Part shown: piece after piece, positions 53,304 through 64,000 of the stretch | Layout: every line of letters begins with the position of its first letter | Numbering within the stretch: the stretch's first letter is position 1 | Assembly (NCBI GenBank): GCA_903813345.2 | Contig: CAIIXF020000001.1 | Coordinates: 47,988,001-48,052,000, forward strand | From: Owenia fusiformis | Taxonomy: Eukaryota | Length of the DNA stretch: 64,000 nucleotides | Direction: 5' to 3' | The notes under the pieces: generated by a model | Database searches by the model: none | Told to the model about the DNA's origin: nothing | Seen by the model: only the letters and a program-made list of their open reading frames with translations | Position numbers and translations under genes: made by a program

Positions 53304-54184
53304 TACATCATTTCATTCAAGTCTTATATACCTGTCAATGAAGGTTATATGTAGAGGTATGATGTACACATGTACACATGTTGTAATTCTGCACACTACT
53401 TGTATGTGCTATATTATAATGTATTGAATGCCATATGTTTATTAGTACATGTATTTTGTTTATTTGATTGTGTCAGTCATAGAAATTCAACATTGATTCT
53501 GTTTTCATATTATGTTTGTTATCAGTTATACAATATTGTTGTTATAAAAAATGTGGAGAGCAAGAAATGCATTAAAAATATTATACATACATTATAAACT
53601 TTTGATTTTGTATTTTTTATTTCACCACAAAACGTGGTGACATATTCTTATAACCTCCCAACTTTTTTTGTGGATGGTTGTTGCCAAAACAGTTAGTGTC
53701 TTTAGCTCAGTGCTCATTGTCTATCATGTGTTCTATTTGTTATGTCATCCTGGCAATGGCTTTATAATGCTTGAAAAATAGGGATCGAAATCAGCCATAG
53801 TTTTCTCCCGATGGCCATTGTGAAATATTAGGCCTTATGGATTATGGGATCAGATTTGCTGTTGGATATTGACCTTTTGATAAGCTTATGGATTGGATTT
53901 TGTCTGCCCCACCTCATTTTAGACTCCTCTTTCTTGTATGAATACTACAACTACAACAACTTTAAATATTATGATTATTGTATTAATTTAAATTTCTTGT
54001 ATTGTAATGACTTCAGTATGAATGATAAGTTCCTTGGTATTGTAGTCTTGAATTCTGATAATGGTAATTGAATAGTGGTGGAGGGTGTATTAGACATTGT
54101 TTTCACGTTAGATCATGGTTTGGGATAGTTGTGTGTTGTTTTCCTTATGATTGGTGTACTCTTAGACATTTTCATTCTGTGTTG

Positions 54185-55721
54185 TTAGCTTTTGCAATCG
54201 CTCACTTGTCCGTCTGTCCGTCCGTCCGTCCGTCTGTCTGTCTGTCCGTCAACAATAGTGGCACTTTTTAAAACCTCTGTCGATAGGATTCCTGTTTTAA
54301 GTTATTTCTGTTCAACATCAATACAGAAAACTCCCCTATGACTACTGGTTCAAAAGCTCGCCTATTTTCAAAATGGCCGCCATTTTTGTCTCGCGAAATT
54401 CCCTTTTGACTGGCACGTTTTAAAACCTCTGTCGATAGGATTCCTGTTTTAAGTTATTTCTGTTCAACATCAATACAGAAAACTCCCCCATGACTCCTGG
54501 CTCAAAAGCTCGCCTATTTTCAAAATGGCCGCCATTTTTGTCTCGCGAAATTCACTTTTGACCACCTATTTCCTAGATTTACAAATAATTTCAAGTGTCC
54601 TACATAGTAAAAATCCATGTCAATGTAAAGAGTAGATGTATGAAATAATTTTGTTACGAAAAATCAGCAAAAAATTATATCCATTTTTTTTATTTTCAGC
54701 CATTTTAGTTAACATTATTTGTCCATCTGTCTCGCAAAATCCATTTTGGACCATTTGCCTTAAAGGCCCAGAGATTTGGACCCGGGTGAAGCTATTAATC
54801 AAGCTGTCACTGTTCAGCCAATCAGTGCTAATGTGGCCAGTTTAAATGTCCAGCATATACAGAAACACATGGTCTGCTACAAGAGAGCTACAGCCTAATG
54901 CTATGTTTGTTTACTTCTGAACAGATAAGAGATGACCATTGGTTGAAATTTAAATTTTCAGTTATACTAATGAGCATATTTACAAAAAGGAAATTGTCTT
55001 ATTTCACAAAAACTAAAAAAACATTTTAGAATTTGATTTGAAATTTATAGTCATGATAGTTTCACAAACCTCTGACACAAAAAAGAGCTTGGAACTCATG
55101 GTAACAATCTTGTTATAGTAGAAAGTTTGAATATTTTCTCATTTTGTTTGAACTGGACATTTAAACTGCCATATTTGGGTGGTGTGGGCTGTTCCATCTG
55201 CCTTTTATACCCGCTCTCAGCCTTTAAACCCTCTGTCAAAAGGATTCCTGTTTTAAGTTAATTTTGTTCAACATCAATACAAAAAACTCTCCTATGACTC
55301 TTGGTTCAAAAGCTCGCCTATTTTCAAAATGGTCACCATTCTTGTCCCGCGAAATTCACTTTTGGCCCATTTCCTAGCTTTACAAATAATTTCAGCTGTC
55401 CTGCATTGTAAAAAGCCATGTCACTGTAAAGAGTAGTTGTATGAAATAATTTTGTTACAAAAAATCGGCAATATTATATCAGTTTTGTTTTATTTTCAGC
55501 CATTTTAGACTTTTAGTTAACATTGATTCGTCCATCTGTCTCTCAGTCAGTCCAAAAAAGTGGCAAGTTTTAAACCTCTGTCAACACTTTTTAAATCTTC
55601 TGTAGATAGGATTCCCGATTTAAAATAATTTTGTTCAACATCAATAAAGAAAAAAACACCTGTGACTCCTGCTTCAAAATCTCGCCTCAACACCATGTGA
55701 GCCCAGTACCCATGGTACTAA
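54185..55721 (+). mobile_element. Helentron-associated non-autonomous element (HINE/DINE-1/pearl-like)
   Basis: Subterminal IR GCTCAC (54200) / GTGAGC (near 55697), (GTCY)n microsatellite 54208-54250, central ~154-bp tandem repeats (54260, 54410, about 55225, about 55560), and a 3' hairpin AGTACC-CAT-GGTACT followed by a T-run. Confidence 0.7.
54764..55223. mobile_element. Kolobok-like MITE inserted into the HINE repeat
   Basis: TTAA|AGGC...GCCT|TTAA with inner IR CAGTTTAAATGTCCAG / CTGGACATTTAAACTG. Confidence 0.65.
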
Positions 55722-56037
55722 TTTTTATAATTTTTGGTCTTTTCCCTTTGGCATTTGTGCATACATATTCATAACATTACAAACCAGTAGCATACAGCAT
55801 ATGGTATTGTAATGGTACAAATATTCCAATTTTTCAATCTTTCAGTAAAACATGTCTGTTCTGAACTATCCATGTTTCGACCAACACAAACATTTTTTCT
55901 CTTAAAAGCTACAACAAGAATGATGGTTTATGTCTTATTTTAACATTAGCTTTATTCTGATAACAAAAAGTTTATTCATACTCATGTACTAAAATAGTAA
56001 GAAGCAAATACATATATTTATCTAGTTATATGTATAT

Positions 56038-56775
56038 AACTAGAAACAGCAACTCAAAAGAGAAGCTAATCCCACCAAACAAAACATAATTCATGAAATC
56101 ACCCCTCATCTTGAACTATTCATGATAAAAATAACAAGCATGTTGAAGTGTTCCCTTGAAGTGTTCTTGCACAAAAATTAATGTGCGACATTAATCTAAC
56201 TTTAACTGGCCTAAACAAAAAGAATTGCATTCATTTTATTTGAACAGATATTTTGAATAAACACAATGGCTAGTCAAATTAAAGAAATAGGTGACCATAT
56301 TTGAGTTTGGAAGCAGATCTTGATTAGAGGTTATGAACTTATAAAGCATCATTACTATGGTAAAGAACATTTAAGTTTAGCCAAAAATGTCATGTTTCTA
56401 AAAATAGCATCCTTTGAAGTGAGTGGCCATTTAGAAAAAGGTCCAATTTTGAAAAAAGGCTGTCAGAAATACTTCCAACATATTTAGTACCAACACGTAT
56501 ATAAATTAAGTACCAAGTATAAATCCATCAAACAATATTCAAGTTAAGCAAAAACATCAATTTTTGAGAAGAAAATGGTGACCATTTTGAATCATGAGAC
56601 CATTTTAGAAATTTCCCATTTAACAGAGATAGTACAAGAATGGTGGTCATTTTGAATTGAACCAAATCGGACAACCAGTATTTGAGTTATCGTCAAGATG
56701 CACTTGTGGACAGAAGGAAGAATAGACAGACAGCTCTATAAATGTACCATCCTGACCTTCATCAGGTGGGATAAA
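56038..56775 (-). mobile_element. Degenerate HINE-like element
   Basis: AACTAG start, GACA-type microsatellite remnant near 56710-56733 and hairpin CCTGA-CCTTCA-TCAGG near 56751-56766. Confidence 0.4.
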
Positions 56776-57414
56776 TATTGCAAACAATCTTATCTTGGTA
56801 AATATACTTCATATGCCAGAACATTATAAAGGTTACACTTGTCTATGAGTACTATGCCATGCATCAATGTCCTGTGTATTTCATTTTATTTTTTCTATAA
56901 GCTTTATAATTATCACCATTTTCATCTCGTATATGCCAGTATGATTATAACATTTCTTTTGCATTCCATGCTGACAATGCTGCACATTATATCATCTAAA
57001 CTGAAGACCACTATCATATGCAAATCTAATTTTTTCTGTTGTGTTCCATATAGCATTCCAAATACTAGGTACACCTCTCAAACATTCATTTTCAAAAGTA
57101 TGTCACTATTGTTTTAATACTTGTACCATTGTTCTAGACTATGTTTGCACCACCAGTATACATTTTATAATTTCCAATATGCCATTTTAAGGTTGGACAT
57201 ATAGAATGAATGCATTTCACTTGTGGACTTGAATAGTGTAAAGCTTAAAAAGTTATCCAACTAGACTCACCTTAATGATGGTCAATATCACATTTCACTT
57301 TTACTGTATACTGTACACATAATCATGTACACACAGATTGAACCTAATGGGTCATATGCCTTTTCACACAATTAACCACTCTTTTTTCCATTTCTCATTT
57401 GTATCATTGTCTTA

Positions 57415-57556
57415 CCCATAGCCAGCTTTTACCAGGAGGGGGAGCTTTTGGCTAAAAATCATGCGAAAAATTCTCAGAATGGTGAAAAACTGCATGATTT
57501 TGAAAGAATTTCTGGCCAGGGGGGGAGCTTCCGCTCCCCCTCTGGCTACGGGCCTG
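57415..57556 (+). mobile_element. hAT-like MITE, copy 3
   Basis: Ends CTGGCTACGGGCCTG, with an interior shared with the copy at 44359. Confidence 0.65.
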
Positions 57557-59415
57557 ATTGTGGCATAACAAAGGTGGGCATTAACCCTACGATGCCATCT
57601 GTGATGCATGTTACCTCTTTCAAAGGCTGTCTGCTGGCTTACTAACCTTTCAATCAGCTTTTGAAAGAGGTAAACTGCATGGGTAATTTCATTTTCTACT
57701 TAAAACCAATACGATATGTTCATCAAATATAAAACAATCCAAAATTATCCTCTGTTGCATGTTTTGACCTTATATAGACATTTTATGTCATAAAACAACA
57801 TTCTATCACTCTTACAAAGCAACTGTATGCCCTTTAAGTATTTACATCTTGTTTTTCTATATGAGCGCTGACTAAAAATTAGCCTTAAATGCCTGTCGGT
57901 GTCTTTTCATTTTTTTTAAATTAAAAAATCAAGATAGATAAAAGAAAATACCAACTTGGGCAAAGTTAACTAAAAACAAATGCTGTCAAAAACAACAAAA
58001 TATCACATATCATATATGTTGCAGATAATAATCAAAGCTGTAGCTTTCATGTTGTGATAGGCCTGTTGAATATTCTAAAAATTAACCCTGATTCCCGAGA
58101 AAATGCTGTCTATGAGTATGAACTAATCAGAGATTTATTGATCATACCCTTTGGAAAGTTAAAAACCAATAGTCTTGTTCTCTTACTGTGATGTCATGAT
58201 ATCCATGGTTACAATAACTTACTTTAGAATTTCTTAATGAAAGACACGAGAAATGCAGCACAGTTAAAATACAGTGAATAAAAAGTAAATGTTTCACAAA
58301 TACATTATTCTCTGAATTAAAGTAGATAAAAACTCTTTATAAAGTGTTACTGGCGATTACATAAAAAGCAGTGCTAAGTATCTGGCTAATTTTGCTCAAA
58401 ATCTAAACTGAGCAATGGAAGACAAACCTTAACTACATGTATGATAACCAAAGTGATCTCTTCTTCTTTAAACCACATTGCTTGAGATTTGCACAGCAAT
58501 GCTTGTATATTTTTAAGTTTTGTTTTATAGTTGAACCTTCAAGTCTGATATGATACAGATATACAACATATACATAGTAATGGTTATTCGGCGTCAAAAT
58601 CAATCTATGTCTAGACATTTTGGAAAATATAGTCTATAAAATTCATTATATGGTGTTTTTCCATCTAATCTGATCATATCTGACCTAGCCCAGTGAATCT
58701 GATTCAATGTTCAATGACACTATGTTCTATGTTGTTCGTTGTTCCATGTTGTTTGTTCTATGTTGTATTAGTATGACTGGTTTACAATCTACATTGTTCA
58801 TATGAACCTACACTGAATAATTATTATGTAGAGCAAACTCTCCATTTTAATTTGATGACTAGAGTTTTGAATGAATCCGTTATGCTTTTCAGTCAAAATA
58901 TCATGTATGAAATATGAAACAATGATATTTCACTTGACCCCTTGGAGTAATTTAAATCTAAATGCTGATAATGGTTAAATGCACATTTAGCTACTAATGT
59001 AGTTGTAGTCTACAATAAAAAATATTTTGTTTACAATATGTTCCATATGTTAAGAACATCAAAACTTGAATTTTACAATCCATGTTCTACCGTACTTGGT
59101 ATTAGAATAAGTACATATACATGCACATTGTACATGTATATTGAATATATGTATACATGTTCAAGCATACAGTTCTTTATGTGTTATGTAATGTATATTT
59201 TGTAATTTTAGTCATTTTAATAATTTTGTTTCGTACTCCTATATGTATATAATATAGCAGTTATAGGTCATAAAGAACTTCTAATATACAGTGTAACATA
59301 GCAAATATTTAAGGCCTAATGAGTGCTAATATATATATCATAGATGTTCTAGGTCACAGAGAAATTCCCATATACAGTCAATATTTTAGACTTAATGTGC
59401 AGATACTATCATGTA

Positions 59416-62400
59416 TTATAGTTGTTCTAGGTCATAGAGGACTTCTAATATACAGCCCATACTCCAAGCCTGTGCTGGACAACTGTCTCTACAAACCTGA
59501 AAGATAAAGAACAAGTTACATTATATTATTATATTTCATGAAAGAATATATCACTTTCATGGTATATCCAGGATAAACTACCATTTTTACAAGTGGAAAA
59601 GGACTGAAGCAACTTTGTACATATGGTTATATATATTTACAAACAATACCCCTAAAGTGTGACACCTTATTTTTAGTCAATTTGCTTGCTATGGCAGATA
59701 GTACAGATGGCTATGACTACCATACAGTGCTAGTATCTGGACAAGTTGAATAGCTCAACAAATATACAAGTATTAGCTCCTTAAATCTTAACACTAAAAC
59801 TACAACCATCAATATAATTTCCTTTGTAGGAGCAGGTAAACTGAACTTACGGCACCATCTTTATTGGTGAGTTCTGGCAGTGACCTCCAGTCTGAACTCT
59901 GTATTGCTATATGATGCATAGTGAGCGTTGACCTCACAAACTTGATGGTGGAATCCAAGATACCAGGTTGAGATTGCTCCAAGATCTTTGCAAAGTGAAG
60001 TTTGGCACGTAGGAAGAATCCAACAGGCCACACCCATTCCTAAAATTGAAGGATAAGATTAATCATAAGATTTATTTTACAAATAAAATTTATATAATGT
60101 TTGAACAACTATAAGAAGAGATTTAACACATCTGGCAAGGTAGTTAAGATAGAAAAGCTAATGAGTACATGTTCAACCACATGGTCCATGTGAAAGCACA
60201 CCAGCATGGATTAAACTTGGAATTTTTTGATCAACCATATAAACATATCAAAAGAAACAAATAATTCATAAATGTTTGATTTCTAGTCTACAATAATGGT
60301 GATTGACAATAATGACAACTGATGTGATGTACTCAATGCTTACTGGGCCTTGGTGATAGTTGAATCCTCTTGCTCTCCCCTTGTTACTAGAGTCATCTCC
60401 ATTGTCATAGTTGCCATCATAGGCCCAATCTGTGGGGTCTAATGTTTTCATTCCAAGGGGTCCAAGGAGCTCAGTTTCTGCTGTTGTCAAGGCAATCCAA
60501 GCATTCTCTGCTGTAAATAGCTGAGGGGCCTAGAGATATTGGGAAAACATTGATCATTGACAACTCCTTCTTATTATTTGAACTTACTGACAAATGCAAG
60601 TCATTTGTTTGTAATATCACAGAAAAACAAACATTAAGTGGTCAAGGACATTGTTGTTTCAAAAATACAATATTGAAATTTTAAGTATGTATTAATTGTA
60701 AGAATATTATGAACCATGATGACTTACCACTACCATAGCAATGGGGAAGTTACACCGTAGCTGGAAGTCAGCCCAGAATTGGGAAGCACCAAAAGAATCT
60801 TTGTAAATACCACGACGATTTATCAAATCTGGTCGAGGCTCTTTCTCAGCTACTGGCTCAGTATCAATCCAGAATTTCTTTTCAAAGTTTTCTTTTATAT
60901 TTTCACTCCACTTGTTAAAAGTTATTTCTGTTGTTGAGGTTGATATCCTGTCGTTGGGATATTTGCCTGTGCTATGTAGCTGTATGAGCCATTGTAATGC
61001 TGAGTAGCAGAGGCCAATCAACTCAATTGCTGAACCATCTCTGGAAAACAACAGACCAGAGTTTATAGATGATCATTTGACCTGGCTAATATAGTTAAAA
61101 AGTTAACAGATAGTTTAACATTTTTATCTTGATAAAAGCAAATGTAGTATTCCACATTTTATAACACTTTTGCCTAATCAGCTACAATGTTGTGATATTG
61201 CCAACCCTATATCTCTTTATTAAAAGGTATGCTAAAATGTGTATGTCATGTAGTTAATTCCATGGGTAGCCTACTTAGCTCATACGGGGGCAATTGTAAT
61301 GAGTTTGGAAGTATACCTTGGAGTAGCTGGCTTGCCTTTGTTGCCAGCTTTGTCTGAGCTGCCCATCTTGTCCATCCATGTGCCACAGTTGTGAATATTG
61401 CCTCCATATACAAACCCTGTGGTGTCATCTACCCCTACCTCAATGTTGAACCCTGCAACATAGAAGGCATATTTTAATGGCTGAAATTTCTGTATTCCTT
61501 GACCCATTTTGTCAAATTTATTTCTCCATGCCTAGATGCAGCATTCTCCATATCAGGTGTACTTAATACATAACCCATTTCCGGAGTCTAAGTCTTAAGT
61601 CCTTCAATTGGAGACTGAGATGCTGTAAGAGATTCATTTAAAAGAAGAATCTGTCTTGCAATGGATAAATGATGTTAGGTTATAACTACAAAATCACTCT
61701 TGTTTTCAAGAATCACAGATGTCCCATACCTTCATCAGTCATTTCCCTGTCAATGTTAGGTCCAGCATTTCTTTCCCTGTATTTGATTCCTTCAATATGT
61801 TTACTCAAGGCCTCCTGAATCACATCTTGCAGGGGCATTTCCTGGAAAAATTGACAAGTTAATTCTCAAAGCCACAGTCTACAACTGAGAGATGTCACCA
61901 CTAAATTTTTCAAACATCAGAGCCTAACAGGAATTCTCTTAAAATTAAAGATTATTTACAAAATTACAGTCTTGAATTATTTTTTCTCTTACTTGTATTG
62001 CATACATAAACATGAAGATACCACACTGAACTTCATGAAGATGTTGTTAAGTTATGAAAATATAAAGTGTCATAATATGTTGTTCTAGGGCCATTTTGAT
62101 ACTCAGACCATCTCTGTCTTGCTAAAATTGAAACATACTAATAGAAGGCTATGGTCTGTCACAATGGTCTAGGGCAGTTACATATAAGGTAGGAGGATGG
62201 ATGAATGAGTCAAGATGGCTCGTAATCTCTGACCCCATGACTCAGAGAACTGGAACAAGTTCTGGACCCCTTTGTACAGATGAAGAGACAGATGGTCTTG
62301 AAAAATGAATTTGTCCTCATAATCTTATAATCTGTTGATGTGAGTACAGTCCATTAATTGAACTGGACATAACTTACAGCAGTTCCGGGGCTCTGTGCTT

Positions 62401-63898
62401 CACTGCCATCCTGGGGATAGAGTCTAGATACAGTGTCCAGAAGAATATCAGTTCCATTGGGGGCAAGATTGCAGTAATCCTACAACATTATGATCATGGT
62501 TTAGCATGGTATCTATGGTAAGATTATAAAATGAAGAGACACAGAACATTCGTGCTCAAATTCTCAAGATGTGAAACATTGTTTAGTAGCTTAATCTACA
62601 TAAGAAATTGTTCTTTTAACATGAACAAATGTTATTACTAAAATGTGAATAATCTTAGACCAGCTTCAAAGGATTCAAAACGTCACCATCTGCCATTTGT
62701 TATAGACACCAACTGCCAAACACTAACCACCTAATGCCTAACACCAACCACAGAACACCAACTGAAGACGCTGAACACCTTCCACAAAATGTTGAGACTA
62801 TAACAATATGTCACCACTTCATAAAAATGAAGAAAAATCAATCACAGTATGTTTCAGTTGGAAGTTTAATAAGAAATGAAGTTTGATCTTTAATTACCTG
62901 TATACACTGAAGCCACCACCAGATAGCATCTCTGCAGTTATATCTGGCATGCGTACCCTCGCCCAGTAGGTTAGGTATCAATCCATGACGTAAACACCCA
63001 CCATATGCAAGAATTAGATACCTAAATAAGGAATAGAATATCATTAATGATTATACAATTCAAAAAAGAACTTCACAATCTCTAATTTTCATATGACTTT
63101 GAATGTGGAATTAAAAAACTGAAAATGAGCTTCCCTAAAACACTTTATCTACTACATGTTTTACATGAAAAATATAGAGGAAAAGAGTGAAGTCCTTAAA
63201 TGTTTGAAATTTTAAAGAAACATGGTGGAAAATGTAAGCACATATAATGAGCTGTACCTGGCCTCCTGGAATCTACCAGTTAACAGCAGCATTCCTCTTA
63301 TAGCAATGAATGTGTCTCTGCCCCAGTTACGGAAAATTCCACTCGCAAAGTGAGGGAGACCTGAATGAATAGAAACAAGGCATATTAAAACAATGACAAA
63401 ATGTAGGTTCATCCTGTCATCAGTTTGAAAATTGTTACAGGCACCGTAGCCAAAATCCAATGGCAAAGGCAGATCATTGGTGACACAATAAATCAGGTAT
63501 ACAACATAAACAGCGTGGCAATATAGTTTTTTTTATAAAAACATAACCTTAATGTTTTTCAGGAATATGTTTGTAGCAAACCAATTCTTGTAGACTTATT
63601 CTATGTTTAGGTGTATTGAATTCAATTGTAGGTGGCATCAGTTTCTGACACACGTAAATAATATATGAAGAAAATGAAAATGAATAAATGTGGATTAAAA
63701 TGTAGTAAAAATTAACCTGCAGAGAGTGTATTACAGCTTTGTACCCTGCGTCCAGTTTTCTCATCTATACTTGTAGGTGGCTTAGGTTCATTAAGACTAG
63801 GAGACAATGTGGGGAGGGGGGCAGTTTTCACAATGCCACACATCTGTGTTGAACCCAGAGCAAGTGCTCTAACAAATGATGAGCCATCTTTAACAAAC
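59416..63898 (-). CDS. AGL: Glycogen debranching enzyme, 3' ten exons (gene continues beyond the window)
   Basis: Exons (minus) 63898-63717, 63360-63258, 63021-62898, 62479-62378, 61841-61730, 61452-61317, 61040-60728, 60529-60344, 60039-59851 and 59496-59416. Motifs: AGLPHF...[18 protein letters not shown]...[45 protein letters not shown] and SCPAQAWS. Confidence 0.96.
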
Positions 63899-64000
63899 CT
63901 AGAAACAAATTCACATATCATTAATATTGGTCCCCCGATTGTGAATTGGCTATATTAGTGATATTTGTGAAAGCAGGACAAGCAACTGCAAAACCAACAG

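Overview
AT-rich, intron-rich animal genomic DNA, probably a marine invertebrate such as a lophotrochozoan; the species cannot be determined from sequence alone. I assembled six spliced genes by hand from GT/AG boundaries and reading-frame phase. On the + strand: a sigma-like glutathione S-transferase (5 exons), an ApoD-like lipocalin (5 exons), a ~1176-aa type I membrane protein (12 exons), an OATP4-like (SLCO) transporter (10 exons, one GC-AG intron) and LMBRD2 (13 coding exons). The membrane protein has a Delta-type N-terminal MNNL/C2-like region, ~22 tandem DSL-like Cys repeats and an NPxY/ITIM-like tail. On the - strand lies the 3' part of glycogen debranching enzyme (AGL). Introns and intergenic DNA are dense in non-autonomous DNA transposons: Tc1/mariner, Kolobok-like, hAT-like, CAC-ended elements with 5-bp TSDs (Transib-like) and Helentron/HINE-like. 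The most unusual items are (1) the poly-DSL receptor-like protein, (2) a ~4.5-kb foldback of two inverted 132-bp satellite arrays abutting the putative LMBRD2 promoter, (3) a 30-bp palindrome with a 7-bp TSD that fits a P-element excision footprint, and (4) two genes whose final codons are tandemly echoed downstream of the stop. No database searches were run, so family assignments rest on recognised motifs.
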